DNA of 64,000 nt from Bacilli bacterium (lineage in GTDB: Bacteria > Bacillota_I > Bacilli_A > ML615J-28 > CAG-313): assembly GCA_045653225.1 (NCBI GenBank), contig JAZOLP010000062.1:908-64907 (forward strand), given 5' to 3'. Position 1 is the stretch's first letter, and each line of letters opens with the position of its first letter. Below the pieces are notes generated by a model. It was not told the origin of the DNA, did no database searches, and worked only from the letters and a program-made list of their open reading frames with translations. The position numbers were made by a program, and so were the translations under genes. Positions 29,693 to 38,592 of this stretch are shown here, piece by piece.

Positions 29693-31204
29693 ATGACAAG
29701 ATTTTATGAATATTTAGAGAAGTTGCGCGACCCGCATTATAAAACAGCAATTAAAATTTCTTGGCTTTATCCAGACGAAACAGTTCAGAAAGAATTCACT
29801 AATGATTTATATAATATGAGTGGTAATTTAACAGTAAATTATCAAAATGGTGCAAGGCGTTCTTGCACCATTACTCTTTCCAATGATAATGGTAAATTTC
29901 CCGTTGATTATAATAATATTTGGTTAGGTCAAAAATTCCAGCTATGGATGGGACTGTATCTCGATGATGGAACGCCATTCTACTTGCCGCAAGGGATTTT
30001 TTATATAAAAAACCCGAAAGAAACATATAATCCAAATACAAAAACTTTAACTTTACAAGGTGTTGATAAGTGGGCCTATTTAGATGGTTCATTGTTTGGA
30101 TATTTAAGAGGAACTTACCAATCTTTGATTAATCAAGATATTCGTGCATTAGTAGCGGGTTTAATTAATAAATCAAAATATGATAATAATTTTGACTCTA
30201 CTGGTAATATTTTAGATAGAATAGACCCAAAAGATGCAATATTTGATGGTTTTGACGGAGATAGCGGCAAAGCAGAGGTACAAGGATATGAAAAAGAAAC
30301 TGGCAATTTGGTTTTTAAAGATATGTCTTCTGATACATATTTTATTATTGGGATGAACTCCAATTCTGAAACACCTGTTTATCAATGTATTCAAAAAGAA
30401 ATAAAAGATGACAACAAGGATAGCATTATTGGCTATTCTTATGAATTATCAAAAGATGCAAACGGTAATAATATTCTTATCACTGCATTACCGGAAAACT
30501 ATAAGCCTGCGGTAACGGAACAATCTATATTTTTAAATCCATATACGATGACTACTGAAACGGGTAAAACGTTAGCAGATATGATTTTAGAGTATGCAAC
30601 CATTTTATTTGCTGATGTTTATTATGATGAAAATGGATATTTAAGATTTGTAGCGCGCGATCGCACAAAACAAGACCAAAGCGTTTATAACAAAGAGCTT
30701 ATTTGGCATTTTACTGTTGAAGAGAAAGAATTACTTGGCTTAGAATTAACTAATGCTTTTGATAAAGTTTATAATGATATTATTGTATTGGGACAAATTA
30801 TAGGGGGCAAACAAATGAAAGCCCGCATTCAAAATCAAGATCCTGCGAGCGATACCAATGTTGAGAAAATAGGTATAAAAACAAAACCTCCATATGAAAG
30901 CGATCAATATTATTCTAATCAATTATGTTTAGAATTGGCTGGATATTATGCTCAAATTGATATGGCAATGGATAGAACAGGTACAGTTAAAGCATTACCT
31001 ATTTATCATATGGATGTTAATAAATTAATAACCTTATCAACACCAAACAATAAAATGAAAAGAGAAGAATTTTTAGTTACAGGATATACTCTTCCACTCA
31101 ATCCCATTGGGCAAATGAGCTTAAATGTAACTAATTTAAAATATTTTACAAATTGGACAGATATGACTTGGACTTTAGAGGAAGGAGCTGTTAATGTTGA
31201 ATGA
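29693..31204 (+). CDS. tail tip or baseplate protein (503 aa)
   Basis: Synteny. Confidence 0.35.
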   Translation: MTRFYEYLEKLRDPHYKTAIKISWLYPDETVQKEFTNDLYNMSGNLTVNYQNGARRSCTITLSNDNGKFPVDYNNIWLGQKFQLWMGLYLDDGTPFYLPQGIFYIKNPKETYNPNTKTLTLQGVDKWAYLDGSLFGYLRGTYQSLINQDIRALVAGLINKSKYDNNFDSTGNILDRIDPKDAIFDGFDGDSGKAEVQGYEKETGNLVFKDMSSDTYFIIGMNSNSETPVYQCIQKEIKDDNKDSIIGYSYELSKDANGNNILITALPENYKPAVTEQSIFLNPYTMTTETGKTLADMILEYATILFADVYYDENGYLRFVARDRTKQDQSVYNKELIWHFTVEEKELLGLELTNAFDKVYNDIIVLGQIIGGKQMKARIQNQDPASDTNVEKIGIKTKPPYESDQYYSNQLCLELAGYYAQIDMAMDRTGTVKALPIYHMDVNKLITLSTPNNKMKREEFLVTGYTLPLNPIGQMSLNVTNLKYFTNWTDMTWTLEEGAVNVE

Positions 31205-31484
31205 ACAAAATTTAGCTAAAATGCTTGAAATTTTAGAACCTTATTTTAGGAAGAAATTTGAAAAAGAAACTGGTTTAACAAAAACCGCAAAAATTCTCAA
31301 TGCTATTGTAGATTTTACTTCTGATATTGATAAATCTAAGGTAACTGTTCACACTGCAGATTCTCCTAATGTAAAGTTTATAGTTACAAACCCTAATCTA
31401 TATAATACTTATAGTCAAGGAGACTCTGTTCAATTAATATATTATGATAGTTTAAAAACAGCAAAAATATTTGCAAAAAATTGA
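31194..31484 (+). CDS. hypothetical tail-associated protein
   Basis: ORF track; overlap coupling. Confidence 0.35.
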   Translation: MLNEQNLAKMLEILEPYFRKKFEKETGLTKTAKILNAIVDFTSDIDKSKVTVHTADSPNVKFIVTNPNLYNTYSQGDSVQLIYYDSLKTAKIFAKN

Positions 31485-31503
31485 GTGAAAGGAGAAAATT
31501 AAA

Positions 31504-32079
31504 ATGGCAGAAATATCAGCAATACCTGAAAGCTGGCATGGCTTAACTGGTGCGCAAGTTAGAGATATAATGATTAGTATCTTGCAGAGAGCAGAAAATG
31601 CGGCAGATGCAATAGAAAATGTGGATAATGCTTTTGTTTTTGGATATTATGTGGATAACGAGTTTTATAAAACAAAAAATAGCGATGGCTCATATGGCGA
31701 TAAAATAGCTGACAAAAAGAAAACAACAATCTATTATGATTTAAATAATTTACCTATTGCATACGGATGGGATGGTACAAAATTTCAATCACTTGAGACT
31801 AGTGCTGAAATTGCTTCAAGATTAAATAATTTTGATGATAATAATCAAACCATAGAAGCAGTAATGGATAATAAGGTAGATAAAGTAGAAGGTTCAACAC
31901 TTTATTCTACAGAAGAGAGAAGTAAAGTTCAAATAGTTAATGATTTAACTGTTGAAATAGTTCATAAAATTGGTGAATTATTTTCGTTAACAGAAACAGA
32001 TGGTGATTATTCACCTGGCTTATACGTGTATACAGGCGAACAAAATCAACCCTTTCGAAGAGTAGGAGGTTTATTATAA
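31504..32079 (+). CDS. hypothetical tail or fiber-associated protein
   Basis: RBS GAAAGGAGAAAA. Confidence 0.35.
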   Translation: MAEISAIPESWHGLTGAQVRDIMISILQRAENAADAIENVDNAFVFGYYVDNEFYKTKNSDGSYGDKIADKKKTTIYYDLNNLPIAYGWDGTKFQSLETSAEIASRLNNFDDNNQTIEAVMDNKVDKVEGSTLYSTEERSKVQIVNDLTVEIVHKIGELFSLTETDGDYSPGLYVYTGEQNQPFRRVGGLL

Positions 32080-32080
32080 T

Positions 32081-32413
32081 ATGAAAACAATTAATTGGAT
32101 TTTAGAAAATTGGGATGCGCTTTGCGCGATTGGCGCTATTGTGTTTGGCATCGCGATTAAATTAAAAAATCTCTGGACAGGAAATGTTAAAGAATGGTTA
32201 ATTAACATCTGTCTGGAAATGGAAAAAGAGTTTGGAGAAAAGACAGGTTTAATTAAAAAATCTAATGCTTATGCAATATTTGTTGAGCAATATCCTATTA
32301 TATCCAAACTTATAAGTGCAAAAACATTTGATAAAATTTTAAACGAAGCTCTTGAAATTATACATCAAGAAATTGAGAATAATGAAAAAGTAAAAGAGTA
32401 TTGCGGAAAATAA
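32081..32413 (+). CDS. small membrane protein, a holin-like candidate
   Basis: N-terminal TM segment ALCAIGAIVFGIAI; last gene before a terminator. Confidence 0.3.
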   Translation: MKTINWILENWDALCAIGAIVFGIAIKLKNLWTGNVKEWLINICLEMEKEFGEKTGLIKKSNAYAIFVEQYPIISKLISAKTFDKILNEALEIIHQEIENNEKVKEYCGK

Positions 32414-32420
32414 AAAATTT

Positions 32421-32456
32421 GGGGAATCCTAAACGGATTCCCCTCTTATTTTTTTG
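32421..32456 (+). terminator. rho-independent terminator: GGGGAATCC-taaac-GGATTCCCC followed by TCTTATTTTTTTG
   Basis: Perfect 9-bp stem and T-run. Confidence 0.65.
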
Positions 32457-32559
32457 CCAAAAATTTTTAAAAAAAATTGGACAAAATTGGGAAATTCTCT
32501 TGCCAGAATTTTTATAAGAAAATGGAAGGGAAAAATTCTTGCAAGAAAGAAGGTTAAAA

Positions 32560-32963
32560 AAATGTATCCAAATACTTTTGGCAATAATTTATATAATAAT
32601 TTTATTCCACCGCAATATAGAATGATAGATCAACAGTCACAGACTTTTTCTTTAAGAGGCAGACCAGTAGCTTCAATAGAGGAAGCTAGAGCCAGTATGA
32701 TAGATTTAGATGGATCAATATTCTATTTTCCAAGTATGGCAAACAATTGTATATATACGAAACAAATTAATTTAGACGGGACTTCTTCTTTAAAAACTTA
32801 TCAATTAGTAGAAACGCCAACTCCGGCTCCATTCCCTTCAACTACAGATTTTGTTACTAAAGAAGAATTTAACAAAAAAATAAATGAAATTTTAGAACAA
32901 ATGAAAGGAGTTAGCGATGACAATGACAAGAGAGAACCCGCTGCTTTCCCATCCTCTTTTTAA
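32560..32963 (+). CDS. hypothetical protein, first gene of the accessory cassette. The start is set at MYPNTFG; the ORF track begins at 32454.
   Basis: ORF track; RBS GAAAGAAGGTTAAAAAAATG. Confidence 0.35.
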
Positions 32964-33102
32964 AAGAGCGCAAGAAATGGCGCAAGGGAAATCAGAAGCA
33001 GAGCTTCAACAGATAGCTCTAAATTTATGTAAAGAACGCGGACTTGACTTTGAGGAAGCTTTTTCCGCGTTTCAAAAACAATTTGGCTTAAGCCAAAAAT
33101 AA
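32917..33102 (+). CDS. small hypothetical protein (61 aa)
   Basis: AAAGGAG RBS 7 nt upstream of the ATG. Confidence 0.35.
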   Translation: MTMTRENPLLSHPLFKRAQEMAQGKSEAELQQIALNLCKERGLDFEEAFSAFQKQFGLSQK

Positions 33103-33135
33103 AATAAAAAAAATTTTTAGAAAGGAGTACATTAA

Positions 33136-33975
33136 ATGATGGACAACGGATTATCAATTGCTGATGCTTTAGCATTATCAAGAAGCAATGGAAATGGTGG
33201 CAATGGAGACGGCTTCGGTGGCTTCGACTCTTGGATTTTCTTCCTTTTCTTCCTTTTAGCTTGGGGAAATGGCGGTATCTGGGGTAACAGAGGCGGCGGA
33301 TTTGGCGGAGGTGGCTCAGAAGGTGGCGGATATAATCACTACCACAACTTCTGCGGAAATGGCTGGGGCTCACCTTTTGCAACTCAAGCAGACGTAAGAG
33401 CTGCAGTAGATCAGCAGACACTTATTAGTAAACTTGATCAGCAAACCTATGGTCTTGCAGATAGCACATATGCATTAAATAATGCTATCACAAGTGGTTT
33501 TGCTTCTGCTGAATTATCAAGATGTAATCAACAAGCAGCTTTAATGGCTCAGCTTAACAACATAGCTATGAGCAATGAAAAATGCTGCTGCGAAACACAG
33601 AGATTAATTGAAAGAGGTTTCTGTGATACAAATTACAATCTTGCAACTCAGTCTAATGCAATTCAAGGCGCTATTTGCAGCTCTACAAGAGACATCCTTG
33701 AAAACGCAAACAACAACACAAGAGCAATCCTTGATTTCTTAACAACAGATAAGATTGCTTCATTACAGGCTGAAAATCAAAAACTTCAGCTCGCTGCTTC
33801 ACAGGCTAACCAGAATAGCGCACTTTTAGCTGCTATTGATGCTAGTACAGCAGAAATCATTAGAAGAACAGGCAGCGAATGCCCAATTCCAGCATATGTA
33901 GTACCAAATCCTAATTGCTGCTACGATTATCGCGTAGTTGCTAATAATGGCTGCGGCGGATGCGGAAGCTTCTAA
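33136..33975 (+). CDS. Gly-rich, aromatic and Cys-rich membrane-associated protein of unknown function
   Basis: GNGGNGDGFGGF...IFFLFFLLAWGNGGIWGNRGGGFGGGGSEGGGY, then a Q/N/A-rich region and a CCYDYRVVANNGCGGCGSF terminus; strong RBS. Confidence 0.5.
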   Translation: MMDNGLSIADALALSRSNGNGGNGDGFGGFDSWIFFLFFLLAWGNGGIWGNRGGGFGGGGSEGGGYNHYHNFCGNGWGSPFATQADVRAAVDQQTLISKLDQQTYGLADSTYALNNAITSGFASAELSRCNQQAALMAQLNNIAMSNEKCCCETQRLIERGFCDTNYNLATQSNAIQGAICSSTRDILENANNNTRAILDFLTTDKIASLQAENQKLQLAASQANQNSALLAAIDASTAEIIRRTGSECPIPAYVVPNPNCCYDYRVVANNGCGGCGSF

Positions 33976-34060
33976 TTTAATTTTATGAATTTTCTGAAAA
34001 ACTAAAATAGGCAGGCGGCCGCGAGGTCGTCTGCCAAATACTATAAGAAAGGAGATTATT

Positions 34061-34471
34061 ATGGTTTATACATTTTCAGTTACAGAACAAGCATTAGAAA
34101 CGAACGAAGCTATTCCTTTCTTAACAGATGGAGTAACATATGGTAGCTGTACTTGTCATAGCGCAGGTTCCGCGGCTGTTCAGTTAAAACATACTGGACT
34201 TTATTTCGTTACTTTTAATGCGACACTTAGCACAACAGAAACAACTGGCGACTTAGAAGCTCAGCTTCAAATAAATGGTGTAAACTATCCAGGTGCAGTT
34301 GCTTCTGCCGGTGTAACAGAAGGTAATTCTATTTCATTTTCTGCTCTTGTAAAAGTATTACCAAACTGTTGCGCAATTGATTCTAATTTACCTGCTTCTG
34401 TTACTGTTGTAAATACAGGCGTAGACGCTATTTATACTAACGCTGCGTTAACCATAGTGAAAATAAGATAA
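34061..34471 (+). CDS. C1q/TNF-like jelly-roll protein that resembles the BclA C-terminal domain
   Basis: FVTFNATLSTTE...LQINGVNYPGAV...ALTIVKI resembles the YKITVIANTATA...IQVNGVPVPG...IIIEKV pattern of BclA-CTD, as recalled from memory. Confidence 0.4.
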   Translation: MVYTFSVTEQALETNEAIPFLTDGVTYGSCTCHSAGSAAVQLKHTGLYFVTFNATLSTTETTGDLEAQLQINGVNYPGAVASAGVTEGNSISFSALVKVLPNCCAIDSNLPASVTVVNTGVDAIYTNAALTIVKIR

Positions 34472-35214
34472 TGGACACAAATTTAAATTCAAGTAATTAT
34501 GGAATGCCATCTATGGAAGTAGCAAGAAATACACATCACCTTGCTTCTAAAATTTACAACAGACAAATAGAAGCTATAATGTTTCACGAATCTTTAATCG
34601 ATCTTTTTAACCTTTTAAAGCTTGACGGCTTTGTAGAGTGGCAAGAAGAGGTATTAGAAGATGAAATGGATTTAATGCATAAGTTTAAGAAACAATATGC
34701 AAAACATTTAAAAGGAACAGTTGATAAACCAAAATTTAATGAATCAACTGACTCTGCTCTTCCAAAAGAATGGCAAGGCAAACAAAATGTAACTATAGAT
34801 GCAAAAAATATGTCTATGGGTATTAGATATGGTCTAAACAAGTATATTGATTGGGAAAAAGAAACTATGAATATGTACAAAGATGCCATGTCTCAAATTG
34901 AGAAAGACGGCGAGTTTGATGAATTAGCTTCTTTCCTTAAAATGCTTTGTAAATCTTCAAAAAAAGAAATAGCATTTGTAGAAGAATTAATCAATGAATT
35001 AGAAGAAACTCATTATGAGCCAAACGCAATTAAAAAATTACAAAAAGATTATTTTGAAAACTATGAAGATTATGAAGTATCTGGCAATAGAAATGGATAT
35101 GCATATAATATGCACCCATACTATCCGGCTATGAATAGAAGACGCGATGATATGGCTATGAACAATGGCCGCGACCGCGCTTATAATAGAAAACTAATCT
35201 ATTATCGCTATTAA
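34471..35214 (+). CDS. hypothetical protein, last gene of the cassette
   Basis: ORF track; taATGg overlap. Confidence 0.4.
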   Translation: MDTNLNSSNYGMPSMEVARNTHHLASKIYNRQIEAIMFHESLIDLFNLLKLDGFVEWQEEVLEDEMDLMHKFKKQYAKHLKGTVDKPKFNESTDSALPKEWQGKQNVTIDAKNMSMGIRYGLNKYIDWEKETMNMYKDAMSQIEKDGEFDELASFLKMLCKSSKKEIAFVEELINELEETHYEPNAIKKLQKDYFENYEDYEVSGNRNGYAYNMHPYYPAMNRRRDDMAMNNGRDRAYNRKLIYYRY

Positions 35215-35223
35215 AAGCAAAAT

Positions 35224-35266
35224 AAGGGAGTCTTATATTTTATATAAGACTCCCTATTTTTTTTTA
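35224..35266. terminator. bidirectional terminator between the convergent modules: GGGAGTCTTATAT-ttta-ATATAAGACTCCC with T-tracts on both strands
   Basis: Perfect 13-bp stem flanked by runs of T on each strand. Confidence 0.65.
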
Positions 35267-35698
35267 ATCTTGGGTTTGTTTTAAACTTCTTACTTTTGCT
35301 ATTAGTGCGTCCATGTGACCATTTCCGCCTAATTTTTTGTATAAAGTAAACTCTTCTTCAATGTTTTCTAATTCATAAATGCTAATGTGACATGCATTAA
35401 TATACATAATACATTTGTCTTTTAAAGCATTATAATGCGCAGATAAAATCCCTTCGCGCAATACATCTAAAGAAGATATAAGTGTTTCTATTTTGTCATT
35501 TAATTCTGTATATTCTCCAAGAGTTGTTTCTCTTAACTCATCAATTTCGTCATATACACTTTTAAATACTTCTTGCTCTCTTCCAGCTTTTACGTATTTG
35601 GCATCTTTTTTAATTCTTGCTCCAAGATAAGTAATTAAACCTGTTGCCATAGCACCTAAGATACCGAGAGCCCATTTAACCCAATATTCTTGCCACAT
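35264..35698 (-). CDS. membrane protein with an N-terminal TM helix, a lysis-associated or spanin-like candidate
   Basis: WALGILGAMATGLITYLGA TM segment; RBS GAGGGGAGA. Confidence 0.35.
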   Translation of the reverse strand: MWQEYWVKWALGILGAMATGLITYLGARIKKDAKYVKAGREQEVFKSVYDEIDELRETTLGEYTELNDKIETLISSLDVLREGILSAHYNALKDKCIMYINACHISIYELENIEEEFTLYKKLGGNGHMDALIAKVRSLKQTQD

Positions 35699-35761
35699 TT
35701 GTTCATTCTCCCCTCGTTTATAGTATCTAAATATTATAAAAATTAGAGGAGCTAGATTGTC

Positions 35762-36253
35762 CTAATTTGTCCTAGAAACTAAATATTTTCCAATACAAAT
35801 TGCATCACATTCATCTTGAATAACTTTAATGCCATATTCTTCTTTGATGTATCTTTGCGCGTCACGCTTTTGCTCGGTACGGTTTTTGCCTTTTATACCG
35901 AGCGCGCTCTTCCAAGTAGAAGACGGGACTATTTCATACGGAACCGACATTTCCGCGCACAATTCTAATAACAATGCTTGAACATAAGCAAGTTTTTTAA
36001 ATGTTGCTACATTAGTATCTTTTGAAGATCCAGGAATGTTTTGCAACTGAATTTCTTCTATTGCAACTAATAGCTTTCCACGAAACATTAATTCAGTTAT
36101 CTTATTTTTAATTTTGCTTTTGAGTTTAATAATTCTTGCAAACATTTCTCCTTCTGGGGAGAAGTGTTCCCAAGATTCTAGCTGACCATTGACAAATATT
36201 GCGATACCTGTAACTTGAGTACTTTGGTCAAGAGCTAAAATAATTTCATCCAT
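35762..36253 (-). CDS. ruvC: RuvC-family Holliday junction resolvase
   Basis: ILALDQSTQVTGIAIF N-terminal catalytic Asp motif; EEIQ glutamate; C-terminal DECDAICIG. Confidence 0.6.
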   Translation of the reverse strand: MDEIILALDQSTQVTGIAIFVNGQLESWEHFSPEGEMFARIIKLKSKIKNKITELMFRGKLLVAIEEIQLQNIPGSSKDTNVATFKKLAYVQALLLELCAEMSVPYEIVPSSTWKSALGIKGKNRTEQKRDAQRYIKEEYGIKVIQDECDAICIGKYLVSRTN

Positions 36254-36741
36254 TATTTTTTGCTACTTCCTAATTTTCCAGTTCCTCTTTCTGATTCTAT
36301 TTTCATTAAATCATCATAAGGAATTTCTTCAAACTGAACTTTAGGTGGTTCAATAAAAATAGCTTGAGCTATTGCTTTTTCGTATGGGTAAATAATATAG
36401 TGATGTTTTTCCCAAGTTTTATCTTCTATGTTTTTTAAAACTACAATAGGAAAATCATTAGTGTTTGTAATACCAACAAAAATTTCTCCTCTATACCCAG
36501 AATCAACAACTCCTGAGCGGAGTGCCATACCCTTAGCTCCTGTACTTCCTCTTTCGCGCAACAACATTACATAATCAGGTGAAAAGGCTGTCGCTAAACC
36601 AGTAGGAATTAGTTTTGTTTTATGCGGGAGTATAATAATATAATCTTCATCGAAGCAAGGATAAAGGTCAAATCCCGCATCTTCATCTCTTTTACTTGGT
36701 ATCTTTGCTTCTGGTCTTAATTTAGAAATCTGTACTTGCAT
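36253..36741 (-). CDS. dut: dUTP pyrophosphatase. The start is set at MQVQISK; the ORF track extends it to 36777.
   Basis: Motifs AGFDL, RSGxxxKG and GVVDSGYRGEI. Confidence 0.8.
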   Translation of the reverse strand: MQVQISKLRPEAKIPSKRDEDAGFDLYPCFDEDYIIILPHKTKLIPTGLATAFSPDYVMLLRERGSTGAKGMALRSGVVDSGYRGEIFVGITNTNDFPIVVLKNIEDKTWEKHHYIIYPYEKAIAQAIFIEPPKVQFEEIPYDDLMKIESERGTGKLGSSKK

Positions 36742-37000
36742 CTTCGTTATTCTCCATTCTTTGTTCGCAGTAAACATCTAAAGTAGAATTCATTGGGTCT
36801 TTTTCGTCATTAAATACAAGCTTAGCTGTAACCACATAATAAGTATCTACAACTGCACCTTTTTCTTTAACATCTTTTGTTTTGTAAGAAAAATTCTTTA
36901 ACTCTCCGTATCTATGCTTTTTAAGCTCTGCATGAAGTTCTTCTACTTCTGCTACACTACTCATTCTATATGTTGCACTATTTTCAATTAAATATTTCAT
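36722..37000 (-). CDS. hypothetical protein
   Basis: ORF track. Confidence 0.4.
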   Translation of the reverse strand: MKYLIENSATYRMSSVAEVEELHAELKKHRYGELKNFSYKTKDVKEKGAVVDTYYVVTAKLVFNDEKDPMNSTLDVYCEQRMENNEDASTDF

Positions 37001-37013
37001 ATTAAATCTCCTT

Positions 37014-37235
37014 TTACTCTTCCATTAAATGTATTTCAAAACCTGCTTCGCCAATTAATTCCGCCATTTCTAAAGATATAGATGATTTAAAAACATATAT
37101 TTCTTTAGTATCTAATTCTCTTAATGAAGGAATTAAATCTTCTAATAAGCATCTTTTAATTAATACTGTGGTATCTATGTTGTCACCTTGAAAAATATAA
37201 GCTCCGTGCGGAACCATTGTTAATATATATCTCAT
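37014..37235 (-). CDS. hypothetical protein
   Basis: ORF track. Confidence 0.4.
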   Translation of the reverse strand: MRYILTMVPHGAYIFQGDNIDTTVLIKRCLLEDLIPSLRELDTKEIYVFKSSISLEMAELIGEAGFEIHLMEE

Positions 37236-37585
37236 ATTTCAATTACTCCTTTATCATATACAAAAAAGTAGTAAGCTCTATCGTCAACCCAGAATATTAA
37301 AGCCTCTTCATCTTCTGTTAATGCAATAGATTTTAGTTCTCCTCTATCAAAAACAGTAAGCATTAATTCGTCCAATAACTTTCCATTTGGGTTCATTCTT
37401 AGGTTATGACCTTTTGCAAACATAGTAAAATCATAAGTTTCTCTATTTAACAAAAGGAAGTATTTATTAGAACTGTGCTTATCAAGATATGATTTTACTA
37501 AACCACTAACCATTACTTCTACAAATTCGTCGTCTAATTTTTGCATTCCGTTCATTATCATTTGATTAAATTCATATTGTGTCAT
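37232..37585 (-). CDS. hypothetical protein
   Basis: ORF track. Confidence 0.4.
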   Translation of the reverse strand: MTQYEFNQMIMNGMQKLDDEFVEVMVSGLVKSYLDKHSSNKYFLLLNRETYDFTMFAKGHNLRMNPNGKLLDELMLTVFDRGELKSIALTEDEEALIFWVDDRAYYFFVYDKGVIEI

Positions 37586-37624
37586 TTATTTAACCTCCTT
37601 TTCTATAAATATATTATCAAAATT

Positions 37625-38107
37625 TTAATTTGTTTTCAAACATTCGATAATTCTTTGATTAGCGCTTCCTCGCCATTTCAAAGTTAAATCTTTCTGTTCT
37701 TCGACAAAAGGTCCGTCTATTAAATAATTAATTTTTTCTAATATATTTGTTATATAGATATCTTTTTTAGACATTAATTCTTCTATTGTATATCCTGTCC
37801 AGAGGAATATTTTTATATCTGGATGCGCGGCCCGCACCTTAGAAATTAAATGCGAGACTTCTTTGCGATTTCTCGGATGGAGGGGCTCTCCGCCAAGTAT
37901 ACTTAGGTTACGCTGAATTCCATTAGCAACAAGCGCGTTAAATATTTCTTTTTCAGTAGCCTTTGTATAAACATTTCCGCTCTGAAAATTCCACGCAGCT
38001 TTATTAAAACAACCTGGGCACTGGTGTTCACATCCGCTAACAAAGAGGGAAACGCATATACCCTCTCCGTTAACTATATCATTTGGATTGATAATCATAT
38101 AATTCAT
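37625..38107 (-). CDS. nrdG: anaerobic ribonucleotide reductase activating protein (radical SAM)
   Basis: 160 aa; GCEHQCPGCFN CxxxCxxC cluster; near-collinear with E. coli NrdG, including WTGY and LKWRGS. Confidence 0.8.
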   Translation of the reverse strand: MNYMIINPNDIVNGEGICVSLFVSGCEHQCPGCFNKAAWNFQSGNVYTKATEKEIFNALVANGIQRNLSILGGEPLHPRNRKEVSHLISKVRAAHPDIKIFLWTGYTIEELMSKKDIYITNILEKINYLIDGPFVEEQKDLTLKWRGSANQRIIECLKTN

Positions 38108-38469
38108 TTTACAAAATCCTCCATAAAATATAAAGTGTTACAATATAAATTACATACGGGTAAGATAATTTGCTCAATTATTTCATCTGGTATCGTATCA
38201 TCTATAATGCATGTTTTTGCACGTAAACCGCGAACACTTTCAGTTGCTTTGTAAACTCTATATGTTGTATTTCCAATTTTTACTATTGGAAACATACTAT
38301 GTTTTCTTAAATATTCTCCTTGAACTGCTTTTAGAAAAAAATCTAAATTTTCTAAAGAAGAATAAAAAATTATATTTGATAAACTTTGATTGCCACAAGG
38401 TACATTTAAAGTTTTTCTTGGAGTATTAAAATATTCAGTAATTTTTTTTCTATTTAAATATCTTTCCAT
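38104..38469 (-). CDS. hypothetical protein. Its ATG forms a TAATG junction with the stop of the nrdD 3-prime remnant, and its end overlaps nrdG (ATGA).
   Basis: ORF track; reading-frame junctions. Confidence 0.4.
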   Translation of the reverse strand: MERYLNRKKITEYFNTPRKTLNVPCGNQSLSNIIFYSSLENLDFFLKAVQGEYLRKHSMFPIVKIGNTTYRVYKATESVRGLRAKTCIIDDTIPDEIIEQIILPVCNLYCNTLYFMEDFVK

Positions 38470-38518
38470 TAGTTAGTCACCTTCCAATATTTTACCCTCT
38501 CTTTCACTTCTGTTTGTT

Positions 38519-38550
38519 TGCCTTTGTTAAATGCAGTTGTGTAATTTCCT
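38519..38550. repeat. right copy of a 30-nt direct repeat flanking the pflB insertion. It encodes a duplicated nrdD C-terminal remnant ...[26 protein letters not shown].
   Basis: cctttgttaaatgcagttgtgtaatttcct matches 40828-40857 at 28 of 30 positions. The minus-strand translation reproduces the NrdD tail. Confidence 0.7.
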
Positions 38551-38592
38551 ATTAAGCAACCATTGTTATAGACAATGATTATATAATTTATT

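Noticed and set aside
32456-32560. Promoter call upstream of the accessory cassette (TTGCCA/TTGGAC hexamers)
   Set aside because: No -10 element was found at suitable spacing.
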